Shown in pieces: positions 48,031 through 58,681 of a DNA stretch of 64,000 nt. The DNA lies in assembly GCA_050248855.1 (NCBI GenBank), contig JBFWRP010000013.1, positions 1 to 64,000 of the forward strand, written 5' to 3'. Position numbers and translations under genes: made by a program. Every line of letters starts with the position of its first letter. Within the stretch, counting starts at the first letter, position 1. Source of the stretch: Planctomycetota bacterium (GTDB taxonomy: Bacteria > Planctomycetota > PLA2 > JAEUHO01). The notes under the pieces were generated by a model that ran no database searches, was not told the origin of the DNA, and worked only from the letters and a program-made list of their open reading frames with translations.

Positions 48031-49050
48031 ATGCTCACGCTCGTCATCGTCATCGTTGCGCTCGCGCTGCTCTTCGACTTCATCAACGGCATGAACGATG
48101 CCGCGAACTCGATCGCCACGATCGTCTCCACGCGCGTGCTGACGCCGAAGCAGGCCGTGGCGTGGGCAGCCTTCTGGAACGCGGCGGCCATGGTGCTGGT
48201 GGGCACGGCCGTCGCCAAGACCGTGTCCAGCGTCGTCCCGCCGGCCCAGCAGGACCTCATGATCGTGCTTGGCGGCCTGTGCGGCGCCATCGTGTGGGCC
48301 CACGGCTGCACCAAGTTCGGCTTGCCCATCAGCGTGAGCCACTCGCTGATCGGCGGTCTCGTGGGGGCCGGATTCGCGGCCCAGGGCCTGGGCGCCATCA
48401 ACTTCGTCAAGCTCGAGCCCACGCTCTGGTTCATCATCCTGGCCCCGGTCATCGGCATGGCGGCCGGCGCGGTCCTGATGACGGCCGTCTACTGGCTGTT
48501 TCGCAACGCCACACGCTCCGGTGCGGAGCGCTTCTTCCGCGCCGGCCAGCTGGTCTCGTCAGCGATGTTCAGCGTGGGCCACGGCAGCAACGACGCCCAG
48601 AAGATCATGGGCATCATCACCGCCGCCCTCGTGGCCGGCGGCGTGCAGGCCGCCCCCGCCGAGGGCGCCTCGCCCCATGTACAGCTCTGGGTCATCGTCG
48701 CCGCCCACATGGCCATCGGCCTGGGCACGCTGCTCGGCGGCTGGCGCGTCATCCGCACGATGGGCAGCAAGCTGACCAAGCTCAAGCCCGAGCAGGGCTT
48801 CTGCGCCGAGACGGCGGGCAGCGTCGTGTTGCTGTTCACGGCGAAGCTGGGCATCCCCGTCAGCACGACGCACTGCATCGCCGGCTCGATCATGGGCACC
48901 GGCGTGGTCAAGCGGGCGCGCTCGGTACGCTGGGCCACGGCCAAGCGCATCCTCTACGCCTGGGTGCTGACGATCCCGGCAGCCGCGCTCATGGGCGCCG
49001 CGTTCTACTGGCTCACGCAAGTAACGGGCCTGGGTTCGCTGGCGCAGTAG
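48031..49050 (+). CDS. pit: Inorganic phosphate transporter (PiT family)
   Basis: NGMNDAANSIAT, GLPISVSH, HGSNDAQK, GIPVSTTH. Confidence 0.92.
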   Translation: MLTLVIVIVALALLFDFINGMNDAANSIATIVSTRVLTPKQAVAWAAFWNAAAMVLVGTAVAKTVSSVVPPAQQDLMIVLGGLCGAIVWAHGCTKFGLPISVSHSLIGGLVGAGFAAQGLGAINFVKLEPTLWFIILAPVIGMAAGAVLMTAVYWLFRNATRSGAERFFRAGQLVSSAMFSVGHGSNDAQKIMGIITAALVAGGVQAAPAEGASPHVQLWVIVAAHMAIGLGTLLGGWRVIRTMGSKLTKLKPEQGFCAETAGSVVLLFTAKLGIPVSTTHCIAGSIMGTGVVKRARSVRWATAKRILYAWVLTIPAAALMGAAFYWLTQVTGLGSLAQ

Positions 49051-49054
49051 GGAG

Positions 49055-50320
49055 CTACCTCACGTAGCGACGCTGCTTGGGGTCCCACGTCAGCGCCTCG
49101 TAGTTCTCGTCGATCCACGCCTCCCACTGCTTGCGCTTGGCGTCGCCCGTGTCGTGACGCCCTGAGGAGATCCCCGCCTTCGTCGCGTCCTCCAGGGTCT
49201 CCATCGCCCAGGTCAGCACCCAGGCATCTACCCCCCTGCGGTCGAGCAGCTGGACCAAGTCGCGCAGCCCCCGCTTCTCGCCCAGCAGTGCGCGTGCTTG
49301 GCGGCAGGCCAGCTTGCGATGCAGGTCGGGCTCGGGGAAACCATCCGGAACGATGGCTCCAGGCCCCAGCTCGAACTCCGACGGCGCCGCCTCGATGCGG
49401 TCCACGAAGGGCAGGACCTCCACGAGCTGCAGCTCGGCAGCGGCGCGCAACAAGTCGGGCATGCCCGCGGGGAACTTGTCCCCGTACGACGACAGGTGGC
49501 TGACGATCGCGGGCCCCAGCTCGGCCCCGCCGAGCGTCGGGGCGTAATGCTTGGCTGCCTCGCCAAGCTGCAGGCCCATGAAGCCCTGCGAGATGGCGTG
49601 CGCGATGTAGGAGATGGCCGCAGGGTCATCGACGGCTTGGAGGCACCCGGCGACCGGGAGCCATCCCTTGTCGAGCAGGGCACCGAGGCGCGGCACGTCC
49701 CGGGATGTCACGAGTCGACAGGCGGCATCCAGCGCCCACCGTCCCCGCCCCACGATGTCGTCTTGCTTGGCACCTTGGGGCTCGAGGTACGTGAGGAGAT
49801 GCGGAAGAGCATCTCGGCCGAGGGCCACCATGCGGGCCACGTCGGGATGGTCCGACGACCAGCTGCTCGTCGGCAGGCCGTCGAGGATCTCATCGATCTT
49901 GGCCGCCACGTCGGGCGGAGAGGTTCCGAACCCCGTGTCGCCCGCAGGCGGAGAGAGGTACTCCTCGATGGTCTCGATGGCCGAACGCTCGGCAGGGGTG
50001 CGGCCTTTCCCCCGCTCCTCGAGCGCACGTCGCGTGTGCTTGTCCAGTCGGATCAGGATGTCGATGGCGCGCTCCAAGGCCTGACCGCGCAGGCGGCCGA
50101 GGTCGCCGACGAGCCGCTCGGCCGCAGGGCCACCCATGGATCCCAACGCGGCCGTCGCGGCGGCAACGATGGCGGGGTCCTTGCTGGAGAGGCTCTTCAC
50201 GAGCACGTCCAGGAACTGCTGCTGCTCCTTGGTCGGGGCCGCGAGCGCCGATCGAGGCACGCCGAGGCACCAGCAGCAGGCCGCAAGCAAGATCGTCTTG
50301 ATCACCCGTCTCCCCGACAT
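49055..50320 (-). CDS. Exported HEAT-repeat-like hypothetical protein
   Basis: RBS GGAGG; signal peptide; WEAWIDEN tail. Confidence 0.6.
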   Translation of the reverse strand: MSGRRVIKTILLAACCWCLGVPRSALAAPTKEQQQFLDVLVKSLSSKDPAIVAAATAALGSMGGPAAERLVGDLGRLRGQALERAIDILIRLDKHTRRALEERGKGRTPAERSAIETIEEYLSPPAGDTGFGTSPPDVAAKIDEILDGLPTSSWSSDHPDVARMVALGRDALPHLLTYLEPQGAKQDDIVGRGRWALDAACRLVTSRDVPRLGALLDKGWLPVAGCLQAVDDPAAISYIAHAISQGFMGLQLGEAAKHYAPTLGGAELGPAIVSHLSSYGDKFPAGMPDLLRAAAELQLVEVLPFVDRIEAAPSEFELGPGAIVPDGFPEPDLHRKLACRQARALLGEKRGLRDLVQLLDRRGVDAWVLTWAMETLEDATKAGISSGRHDTGDAKRKQWEAWIDENYEALTWDPKQRRYVR

Positions 50321-50354
50321 GGCACCTCCCGGTCGCGCCAAGGTAGGGCCGGGG

Positions 50355-51443
50355 TCAGGGCGACGCCGAGGGCTTCGCCTCGCGCTCCAGCAGCTCGCGC
50401 TTGCGCTCCACGCCCCACCGGTAGCCGGCGAGCGACCCGTCGCCCCGCACGACGCGATGGCAGGGCACGAGCAGGGCGACGCGATTGCGGGCACAGGCCG
50501 AAGCCACGGCGCGGACCGCGTCCGGTCGCCCGACGCGCTTCGCCAGCTCGGTGTACGTAATGGTGGACCCGGGCGGGACCTTGCGCAGCGCTTGCCAGAC
50601 CTGCATCTGGAGCAGGGTGCCCTGCAAGTCCAGGGGGAGCTTCGCGGACGAACCCGGCTGCTCCACGAGGCGGAGTACGTCCGCGAGGAGCGCGGCGCCG
50701 TCGGAGTCGGCCTCGCGGATGCGCGCGCGGGCGAAGTCCCTGGCCAGCGCGGTGCGGAGCGCATGGCCGTCGTCTCCCAGCGCCACGGCACAGATACCGC
50801 GCGTCGTCCACGCGACGAGCACGTGGCCGAGGCTGGAGGTGCCCACGGCGACCTCGACGTCCAGGCCTGCTCCCTGCTGGCGCCGCGACGTGGGCGTCAT
50901 GCCCAGGACGGCGTCGGCCTGTTCGTAGAACCGGCCCGACGAACCGTAGCCGGCGCGATGGAAGGCGGCCGTCACCGCGCTGCCTGCGGCGAGCTCCGAG
51001 CGGACCCGCTGCCCACGCATCTCCTGCGCGTACGCATGCGGCGTGAGGCCCGTGACGCGGCGGAACACCCGCTGGAGCCGAGCCATGCCGACGCCCAACC
51101 GCCCGGCCAGCGATGCCACCGGGGGGATCTCCTCCGCTGCCTCGAGGGCTCGACAGGCCTCGGCCACGAGGCGGGCCTCCCGCTCCTCGCGGGATGCGGC
51201 CTCCGGTCGGCAGCGCAAGCACGCGCGATAGCCGGCGCGTCGGGCGGCCCGCGCGTCGTCGTGGAACTCGATGTTCTCCGGCTTCGCGGCGCGCGACGGG
51301 CACGAAGGGCGGCAGAACACACCGGTCGTGCGCACGGCGTACACGAACGTCCCGTCGGCCCGGGCGTCACGTGCACGCACCAGCGCATGCCGCGGATCGT
51401 CCTCGACGGCGAGCTTCGCGGGCGCGGGGCGGATCTGGCGGAT
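50355..51443 (-). CDS. ada: Bifunctional Ada regulator / O6-methylguanine-DNA methyltransferase
   Basis: GVFCRPSC and ACLRC Zn motifs, AraC HTH, VPCHRV active site; start either ATC 51443 or GTG 51380. Confidence 0.9.
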   Translation of the reverse strand: MRQIRPAPAKLAVEDDPRHALVRARDARADGTFVYAVRTTGVFCRPSCPSRAAKPENIEFHDDARAARRAGYRACLRCRPEAASREEREARLVAEACRALEAAEEIPPVASLAGRLGVGMARLQRVFRRVTGLTPHAYAQEMRGQRVRSELAAGSAVTAAFHRAGYGSSGRFYEQADAVLGMTPTSRRQQGAGLDVEVAVGTSSLGHVLVAWTTRGICAVALGDDGHALRTALARDFARARIREADSDGAALLADVLRLVEQPGSSAKLPLDLQGTLLQMQVWQALRKVPPGSTITYTELAKRVGRPDAVRAVASACARNRVALLVPCHRVVRGDGSLAGYRWGVERKRELLEREAKPSASP

Positions 51444-51537
51444 GGGAGATCTCCGAGGGGGGGGACGGAGCGGAAGGTAGGCCGCCGCCCGTACGCGCGC
51501 ACTCCGGATCGCGACGTCGAATCCCGAACGTCTCGCG

Positions 51538-52560
51538 TCAGGCCGCGCGCGGGTGCACGCAACAGGCCACGAGCTCGACGTCCGGGCTCAGGTAGCCCGG
51601 CTTGACGGGCTCGACGCGGCAGAGGTCGGTGCTGAGGTACTTCTTGTTCGAGTCGGGGAAGACGGTCGCCACCACGGCCTCGGCACCCATCGACCGCGCC
51701 ACCTGCAGCGCCCCCAGCAAGTTGGCGCCTGAGCTGATCCCGAGCCCCATGCCGAACTGGGCGGCCAAGCGCTGGGCCATCAGGATCGCGTCGCCGTCGT
51801 GGACGTCGACGATGTCGTCGAGGCTCGCGAGGTCCAGGATGGAGGGCACGAACTCGTCGCTGATGCCCTGGATGCGGTGGTGGCCGACGCGTTTGCCCGT
51901 GCGCAGCGTGGGCGAGCTCGCCGGTTCGAGGGGATGGACGCGCACGTTCGGGTTGGCCTCGCGCAAACGGCGTCCCACACCCATCACGGTGCCGCCCGTC
52001 CCGACGCCTGCCACGAAGGCATCGGCCGTCTTGCCCAGGGCCGCCAGCTGCCGCACGAGCTCCTCGCCCGTTCCGCAAGCGTGGGCCGCGACGTTGGCGG
52101 GCGTGTCGAACTGCTGGGGCCGGAAGGCGTCCGGATGCTCGGCGGCGTAGGCGTCGGCCAGGGCGATCGACCCCACGAACCCGCCCTCGGCCTTGCTCAC
52201 GGGCACGATCGTGGCTCCCAGGGACTGGATCAGCAGCACGCGCTCGCGACTCATCCAGTCAGGCATGTAGATGCGCACGGGGTGGAGCAGCGCACGCCCC
52301 AAGGCCGCGAAGGCGATGCCCGTGTTGCCGCTCGTCGCCTCCACGATCTCCCCGCCAGGAGCCAAGCGCCCGGTGCGCCACGCCTCTTCCAGGATGTAGA
52401 GGGCCATCCGGTCCTTGATGCTGCCGGTGAAGTTGGGCACCTCGTACTTGGCGAACACCGTCCGCTCGTCCTCGCCGATCCGGCAGCGGATCTCCATCAA
52501 CGGCGTGTTGCCCACCAGGGCGTGCAACGAGCGGAAGATCGACTCGTAGGAGCTGGCCAT
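51538..52560 (-). CDS. PLP-dependent cysteine synthase family protein
   Basis: VGNTPL, GSIKDR, TSGNTG, GVGTGGT, HRIQGI, GISSGAN. Confidence 0.9.
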   Translation of the reverse strand: MASSYESIFRSLHALVGNTPLMEIRCRIGEDERTVFAKYEVPNFTGSIKDRMALYILEEAWRTGRLAPGGEIVEATSGNTGIAFAALGRALLHPVRIYMPDWMSRERVLLIQSLGATIVPVSKAEGGFVGSIALADAYAAEHPDAFRPQQFDTPANVAAHACGTGEELVRQLAALGKTADAFVAGVGTGGTVMGVGRRLREANPNVRVHPLEPASSPTLRTGKRVGHHRIQGISDEFVPSILDLASLDDIVDVHDGDAILMAQRLAAQFGMGLGISSGANLLGALQVARSMGAEAVVATVFPDSNKKYLSTDLCRVEPVKPGYLSPDVELVACCVHPRAA

Positions 52561-52669
52561 GGCGCCTCCTCCAGTCCGCTCGCACATGATGACGCCGTGG
52601 GACAAGGGCGGGGCAGGGATCCCGGGCCGTGCGCCTCCGCCCGACGGCGCCGTGGCGTACGCTGGCGCC

Positions 52670-53476
52670 ATGACGCTGGTCACCCCCTCGGGTCTCCCTT
52701 CCTCGCGGCTGGCCCTGGGTGCGCATCCCCAGACGCCGGGGGCCTGCGTGGACGTAGCGCTCGAGCGCGGGATCCGGTCGTTCTTCTTCTACGACCGGCA
52801 CGCCGCCGCCGTGCTCGAGAGGTTGGCGCGCGCCCTCCCCCCGCGACGTGAGGACACGCTCCTTCTCACGGGCACGGAGGAGCGCGACATCCCCGGCGTC
52901 CAGGGCGACCTGGACGCGATCCGCACGCGCCTGGGTGTCGACGCCGTCGACGCGTTCCTGCTCCTCTACGTCGCACCCGGCGAGTCCATCGGCGACATCG
53001 ATCGCTTGTTGGACCACCTCCACGAGCAGCGCGAAGCGGGGGCCCTGCGCTACGTGGGCGCCTCCGCACACGACCGCCAGCAAGCCGAACGCCTGGCCCG
53101 CGACCCGCGGGTCGACGTGCTCATGCACCGCTACAACATGGCGCATCGAGGGGCGGAGCAGGCAGTGTTCCCCGCGGCCCTCGAAGCCAAGACCCCCGTG
53201 ATCGCCTTCACGTGCACGCGTTGGAGGACACTGCTGGCCGGCCACGGGGACTGGCCGCACGAGGTTCCCTCGGCGCCGGACTGCTACCGCTTTGCCCTCG
53301 CGCACCCGGCCGTCGAGCTGGCGCTGACGGCCCCCCACTCGGTCGAGGAGCTGCGTCAGAACCTCGCCGTCCTCGACGCTCGCCCACCGACGCCCGAAGA
53401 GATGGCGACGTGGCGCGCCTACGGCGACGTCGTCTACGGCGGCGTCCCCGGCGAGTTCGAGACGAGCTGGCCGTGA
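52670..53476 (+). CDS. Aldo/keto reductase-like protein
   Basis: [28 protein letters not shown]. Confidence 0.75.
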   Translation: MTLVTPSGLPSSRLALGAHPQTPGACVDVALERGIRSFFFYDRHAAAVLERLARALPPRREDTLLLTGTEERDIPGVQGDLDAIRTRLGVDAVDAFLLLYVAPGESIGDIDRLLDHLHEQREAGALRYVGASAHDRQQAERLARDPRVDVLMHRYNMAHRGAEQAVFPAALEAKTPVIAFTCTRWRTLLAGHGDWPHEVPSAPDCYRFALAHPAVELALTAPHSVEELRQNLAVLDARPPTPEEMATWRAYGDVVYGGVPGEFETSWP

Positions 53477-53904
53477 CCCTGCTCCTCGCCCACGCCGCCG
53501 TAACGCTGCTTCTGACCGGTCTCATCTGGACCGTGCAGGTCGTGCTCTACCCGCTGATGAGCGACATCGGAGCCGAGGCGTTCGGCGCGTGGCACCAGCG
53601 GTACACACGGGCGATCACGTGGCTCGTGGGCCCCTTGATGCTGGCCGAGCTGGGCCTGGCGATCGCGCTGCCGTTCGTGAAGCCCGCGGGCGTACCCGAG
53701 CCGTGGACCTGGCTCGGCGTGGCGCTGGTGCTCCAGATCCACGCCGTGACGGCACTGGTCTCGGTGCCGTGCCACGAGCGCTTGGCCGAGGGGTTCGAGG
53801 CGGACGCCCACCGCCGCCTCGTCCGCTCCACTTGGCTGCGCACGATCGGTTGGACGGTGCGCGCCGGCTTGGCGATCGGCATGGTGGCCGTCGGGCGAGC
53901 CTAA
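53473..53904 (+). CDS. Membrane protein (DUF1772-like)
   Basis: GLIWTVQVVLYP, VPCH..L, four TM segments. Confidence 0.65.
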   Translation: MTLLLAHAAVTLLLTGLIWTVQVVLYPLMSDIGAEAFGAWHQRYTRAITWLVGPLMLAELGLAIALPFVKPAGVPEPWTWLGVALVLQIHAVTALVSVPCHERLAEGFEADAHRRLVRSTWLRTIGWTVRAGLAIGMVAVGRA

Positions 53905-53914
53905 CGACTCGACG

Positions 53915-55159
53915 TCACTCGTTGCCCTCCGGGTCGAGGTCGGCTTCGACCTCGGCGGCCCGCTCCGTCTCGCCCGCTTGGTGGAAGAGCGAGCGCGCAT
54001 GGACCAGGAGGGCGCGGCCTTCGTCCTCACGGCCCGTGCGCCGCGCCGCCAAGCCCCGTGCCCACAGCGCCTGGGCCCTCGACGCCGGCCTCTCCAGCTT
54101 CTCGTAGAGCCGCTCGGCCTTGCCGGCAAGCTCGATGACCCGGTTCCAGTCGCCGTCGGCCGAGCGCTCGGGAGAGACCACGCTGCTCGCACGCAAGAGG
54201 GCGCGCGCTTGGAGCAGCTCGTCCCCGATGCGTCCGGCCAGCTGCTCGGCGCGCTCGTAGAACGACACCGCCTCGCCGAGCCTCGTGTCGTCGTCGCCAT
54301 CCTGTTCGACACAAACACCGAGCTGGTAGGCGATGGTCGCTCGCAGCTCGTCCAGGTTGAGCACCTGGCGCTCGGACACCTGCGAGGCGAAGGTGTCGGC
54401 TCGTCGGTAGGCCGCTTCGCAGTCCGCCCACGTCGTATCGGGGACGTGGCCCGGCATCAGGCACCACGCCTCGTCCACGAGGGCCGAGAGGCGCAGGGCA
54501 ATCAGCGTCTTCTCCCCCTGCGCCGTGGTCTGGGCGGCGCGGCAGCAATCGACGGCGCGCAGCCAGTCGTTCGGCGCGCCCTTGCGCATGAACACGTTGC
54601 CCAGGCCGAGGGAAGCCGACGCACGGGCGTGTGCGTCCGAGGGTCCGCTCCGTTGCCAGAGGAACATCCTGGCCTCCGAGACCGAGCGGAAGGCCTCCTC
54701 GGCGCGGACGAGGGTGTCCGCGTCGCGCGGCGCATCCAGCCAGGCCCACCCCGCGGACGCCCACGCTTCTTGGGCCTCGACGGTTGCTCCGCACCCGCGC
54801 CAGGCGTACGCCGCCTGCTCGTAGGCCTGGGCCGCCTCCCGCTCGCGACCCGGTTGGTTGCGGAGCTCCCCGGCGCGAAGCGTGGCATCGATCCCGGACT
54901 GGCAGTTCGCCGCCGATCCACTCAGCAGACTACGCGGGCCGTCCCGCGGGGTGGGGTCCGACACGGCACCGAGCAGCTTCGCGATGATGTAGGCGATCAC
55001 GAACGCCCCACCGACGCCGATCGGAACGGCCTTCTTGCCGGGTTTGGCACGTGAGCGACTCGCCCCCAGGACGGACGGCCGCGAGCTCACCGGGGCCCGT
55101 CGCCGAGACGGCTGCCGCGGGGCGGGTCGACGGGAGGGGCGCGGGGGATCGGGGGACAT
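53915..55159 (-). CDS. Single-TM TPR-like protein
   Basis: Basic N-terminus, TM helix, helical repeats. Confidence 0.55.
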   Translation of the reverse strand: MSPDPPRPSRRPAPRQPSRRRAPVSSRPSVLGASRSRAKPGKKAVPIGVGGAFVIAYIIAKLLGAVSDPTPRDGPRSLLSGSAANCQSGIDATLRAGELRNQPGREREAAQAYEQAAYAWRGCGATVEAQEAWASAGWAWLDAPRDADTLVRAEEAFRSVSEARMFLWQRSGPSDAHARASASLGLGNVFMRKGAPNDWLRAVDCCRAAQTTAQGEKTLIALRLSALVDEAWCLMPGHVPDTTWADCEAAYRRADTFASQVSERQVLNLDELRATIAYQLGVCVEQDGDDDTRLGEAVSFYERAEQLAGRIGDELLQARALLRASSVVSPERSADGDWNRVIELAGKAERLYEKLERPASRAQALWARGLAARRTGREDEGRALLVHARSLFHQAGETERAAEVEADLDPEGNE

Positions 55160-55182
55160 GTGCGAGCCCGAGGGTACCGACG

Positions 55183-56172
55183 TCAGACGCCCGGCGGCTT
55201 CGGTCGCTTCGACCGGCGCGGCGCCTGCGCTTCCTCCGCCGGATCCGCCTTGAGCTGGGCCCGCTCCTCGATGCGACGCAAGGTGGCCGACGGAACGCCG
55301 GCATGCGTGAGCAACGGGACCTCGGAGGACCGCGCCCCCTTCTTCGTCGGGGGGCCCACGGTGGAGACGTCGAGCCACGCGGGGCAGGATCGCGCACACA
55401 CATGCGCTCGCACGTGGAGGGGCGGCGCCCGTCGATCGGTGGACGGCAGCGCCAACAGGTCATCGATGGTGCCGTGGCGGATGGCCTCGCGCGCATCGCG
55501 CGGTGGCACGTGGCGAATCGAGGCGACGTCGATGACGTCGCAGAAGCGGCGACACTCTTCGCAGTAGACGCGGTCCAACCGCTTCTCGGCCATGAGCCAC
55601 GCGCCGCCTGCCAGGATGCCGAGCTCGACCAGCCAGACGAGCCAGACCATCCCGCCGCTGAGACCCACGCCGCCCGAGCGGCGCCCCACGGTCCAGCCGC
55701 CCTCCTGGCGCAGCTGGATGTAGTCGCCAACGCCAAAGCTGGAGACGAGCTCTTCGAACGCCTCCTCGTCGAACTCCCCCTCACCCTCCAGGGCAAGTCG
55801 CGTCTGCAACGCCTCGCGTTCTTCCCGGATCTCCCCCCGCGTGAAGACGGCCGCCGCCTGGAACGAAACGACGAACGCCACGGCGGCCGCCCCCGCCGCG
55901 AACCCCGCGCCCATCTTGGCGGCGCGCCCATGGGTCTTGAGGAAGGCCTCCGACATCGCCCAGCCGATCGCCGCGGCGAAGCCGCCCACGATCAGGAAGT
56001 TCACGTAGATCAAGGGCATCCACATGGTGATGCGCTGGTAGGCAAATGCGCCTGCACTCGCCAGGGCCACCACGGCGAGCGCCGCCGGCACCGTGGAAGA
56101 GCCGACGCGATCCGACGGTTCGTAGAAGTCCCAGCCCGCATAGGGGCGACGCGAACTGCCCGACGAGCTCAC
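55183..56172 (-). CDS. Membrane protein with CxxC motifs
   Basis: Four TM segments, YCEECRRF and CARSC; RBS GAGGAGG. Confidence 0.6.
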   Translation of the reverse strand: MSSSGSSRRPYAGWDFYEPSDRVGSSTVPAALAVVALASAGAFAYQRITMWMPLIYVNFLIVGGFAAAIGWAMSEAFLKTHGRAAKMGAGFAAGAAAVAFVVSFQAAAVFTRGEIREEREALQTRLALEGEGEFDEEAFEELVSSFGVGDYIQLRQEGGWTVGRRSGGVGLSGGMVWLVWLVELGILAGGAWLMAEKRLDRVYCEECRRFCDVIDVASIRHVPPRDAREAIRHGTIDDLLALPSTDRRAPPLHVRAHVCARSCPAWLDVSTVGPPTKKGARSSEVPLLTHAGVPSATLRRIEERAQLKADPAEEAQAPRRSKRPKPPGV

Positions 56173-56938
56173 GACTCTGCCCTCCTCGTTCCGGTGCCGC
56201 TGCGGAGTGTACGGAACGTGGGCTTCAGGCCGCCAGGGTCAGGTCGTGCCGGGAGGGGCAGATCGCCGACCTCGATCGACGTCTCGCGACCCTGGCAGCT
56301 CACGTCCGAGCCCAGGTGGAGAACGCCCGTCAGGGCTACGGGCAGCTGACGCGGGCGGTGCGTGAGGCCACGGCCGCGCCGGCCGGTGCGTCGCTCGAGG
56401 CCCTGGCTGCACGTACGCAGCTCCTGGACGAGACGCTGCACGACACCCGGCCGGTCGCGGAGCGTATCGAGGCGCTCAAGAGCAACCCGCACGGCGCCTA
56501 CCACTACGTACCCAAGGCCGATCACGGCGAGCTGATCACCTCGATGGGACGCATCGAGGAGCACCACCGCCGGACCCGGCGGAAGTACGACACGAGCAGG
56601 TGATGGACGCCCTGATCGCATTGGGCCAGGGGCAGCAGCAGATCATGGACATGATCGTGTCGTCGTCCGAGCAGTCGGCTGGCGCTCCCCACGCGGGCCG
56701 AGATCGCCGAGGGGCGCATCCGCTTCTCGCCCTACGGCGAACAGCTTGCCAAGCGCCAAGGCGAGCTCGACCGCCGCCTCTTGGCCTACACCCTGGCGTT
56801 CGGTGATCCGGCGCACGGCGCCGACACGCACGCGCACCTCTGGCTGCGCACGCTCCTCCATGCGGCCGCGATGGATGCCACGCCGTAGGCCCAACATCCT
56901 CCGCTCGCCAGACCCGGCGTCCCCCTATCTTGGCGCGG

Positions 56939-57448
56939 ATGGGAAGCACGTGGCCCGAGCGCTTGGATGCACTGCGCGACCGCTTCACGCTTCGGGCCCT
57001 CGTGCTTGCCGCGGTGGCCGTGTCGTTGCTGTTCCTCCTGACGATCTACGGTGCCGTGCTGCTCGGCACGCGCGTGACGCTACCGACCCTGGCCCTCCTG
57101 CCGTTCTGGGCGGGCCTGTTGGCCATCGTCCTCTGGATGCCCTGGGACTGGGGCGACCCGGAGCCAAGTCACATTCTCGGGCAGTGGGTCTACTGGGAGG
57201 GGTTGCTCGTGTGCGGGTCCGTCGCGACCGTCGCCGCACTTCATGGCAAGTACCTCCACATGCTGGCCGATGCCTTGAAGGGTCCCCCGCCGCCGCAAGA
57301 CGAGCCGTGGCAAGCGCTCCTCCACGCCGACAGGCTGCAAGCCCTGCGCGACGACGTGCTCGGTGCAGCCCTCATGTCCGAGGTGGGCTACCTACCGATC
57401 GCGCTCCTCGGCGTCGCGCTGCTGCTCGACTGGTGGATTCTCCGCTAG
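56939..57448 (+). CDS. Hypothetical membrane protein
   Basis: Four hydrophobic segments; TATCTT-7-ATG. Confidence 0.55.
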   Translation: MGSTWPERLDALRDRFTLRALVLAAVAVSLLFLLTIYGAVLLGTRVTLPTLALLPFWAGLLAIVLWMPWDWGDPEPSHILGQWVYWEGLLVCGSVATVAALHGKYLHMLADALKGPPPPQDEPWQALLHADRLQALRDDVLGAALMSEVGYLPIALLGVALLLDWWILR

Positions 57449-57939
57449 GGCAAGTCCCGCATCGGGAAGTCCAAGCCGGGCGGCACGGGATGGCCGAAGG
57501 CGCGAAGCATCACCTTCACCTGGCCGATGTGGTGGAACACATGCGTCTGCGTGCGGAGCACGGCGTAGGCGGGCGCGAACGTGGCCTCGCGACCGCCGTA
57601 CTGGAGGAACGGCGTAGGCGTGGCGAGGGCCTCGTCGGACATCCCCTCGAGCCACGAGCGCGTCCGTGCGGCCACGCGCTGGCGGAACGCTTCAAGCGCA
57701 TCGACCGAGGCGGCATCGGCGTCGGCCTCGTCGACGAGCATCTCGCCGTTGACCACCCCGATCCAGTAGCGCTCGGCGCTGATCACGTGCTGCAGCTTCT
57801 GCGCGATCGTGCCGGGCCCGATGGCCTCGAGCGTGCGGTGGATCACGTCGGACGGCGCGGTGCGGGCGTGGTCCAGCACGCCCTTCAGGCTGTGGTGCGT
57901 GCGCCGCTGGAGGTCCATCAGGCTCGCGGCGGTGTGCAT
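57445..57939 (-). CDS. DinB family protein
   Basis: LQHVISAERYW, HVFHHIGQV. Confidence 0.8.
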   Translation of the reverse strand: MHTAASLMDLQRRTHHSLKGVLDHARTAPSDVIHRTLEAIGPGTIAQKLQHVISAERYWIGVVNGEMLVDEADADAASVDALEAFRQRVAARTRSWLEGMSDEALATPTPFLQYGGREATFAPAYAVLRTQTHVFHHIGQVKVMLRAFGHPVPPGLDFPMRDLP

Positions 57940-58083
57940 GGGGCCCCCCGCGCGGTCCCCGACCGCGCCGGGCCAGCCTACGGGGGAGGCCTTCGTGAAG
58001 GGGCCGCGGGGGCACGCTGCGCACCACTGTCCGAGCCCGGGCCCGGGCACTAGGTTGGAGGGCCTTCCCGGAGGAGACCTGCC

Positions 58084-58488
58084 ATGAGCCCCCGCCGCCT
58101 CACTCTCGCCCTTGCCGCCGCGCTCCTGCTTCCCGCCTGCGGCGAACAGGCCAAGGAGAAGACCAAGGAGATCGGCCACGCGATCGGCGAAAAGGCCGGT
58201 GCGACGTGGGCCTCCATCCGGGACTTCACCGTCGAGAAGAAGGACCAGGCCGTGGAGTTCTTCTCCAAGAGCAAGGACGCCCTCGCCGAGGACTTCGAGA
58301 AGGTCAAGGCCAAGAGCGCCGATTGGTCCGAGGGAGCGAAGGAGTCCCTGGACCACAAATGGGAGCAGGTCCAGCAGACCTACGCCAAGGCCAAGGACGC
58401 CACCGGCGAGGGCTGGGCCACCGCCCGCGACGCCTTCAAGGCCGCCGTCGACGCCTTCAAGCAGGAGCTCGAGAAGCACCGCGAGTAG
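58084..58488 (+). CDS. Helical charged lipoprotein
   Basis: RBS GGAGGAG; LPAC lipobox; K/E/A-rich helices. Confidence 0.7.
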   Translation: MSPRRLTLALAAALLLPACGEQAKEKTKEIGHAIGEKAGATWASIRDFTVEKKDQAVEFFSKSKDALAEDFEKVKAKSADWSEGAKESLDHKWEQVQQTYAKAKDATGEGWATARDAFKAAVDAFKQELEKHRE

Positions 58489-58538
58489 CCGTTCGCCGAA
58501 CGCCGCTCGCGCGGCCTGCACGCACTCGATCTCACCAC

Positions 58539-58661
58539 AGCCCTGGAATCAGGGCTTTCGCCACCCCGGAATTCCGGGGTGGAGGCGCCACGCCGGAATT
58601 CCGGGGTGGCTTGCCGTGCCGAAGCCCCGGCGGCGAGTGGTCGCGCCGGAATTCCGGCGCG
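58539..58661. repeat. Cluster of REP-like palindromes with CCGGAATTCCGG core
   Basis: Palindromes at 58561-58582, 58587-58610, 58642-58661 and a variant at 58539-58556. Confidence 0.7.
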
Positions 58662-58681
58662 CCTTCCCGGGGAGACACGCC

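Noticed and set aside
56190..56930. Genes in 56.2-56.9 kb (ORFs 56046-56603 +, 56600-56806 +, 56643-56897 -)
   Set aside because: Partly protein-like but no convincing start, RBS or motif; may be a gene remnant, not callable
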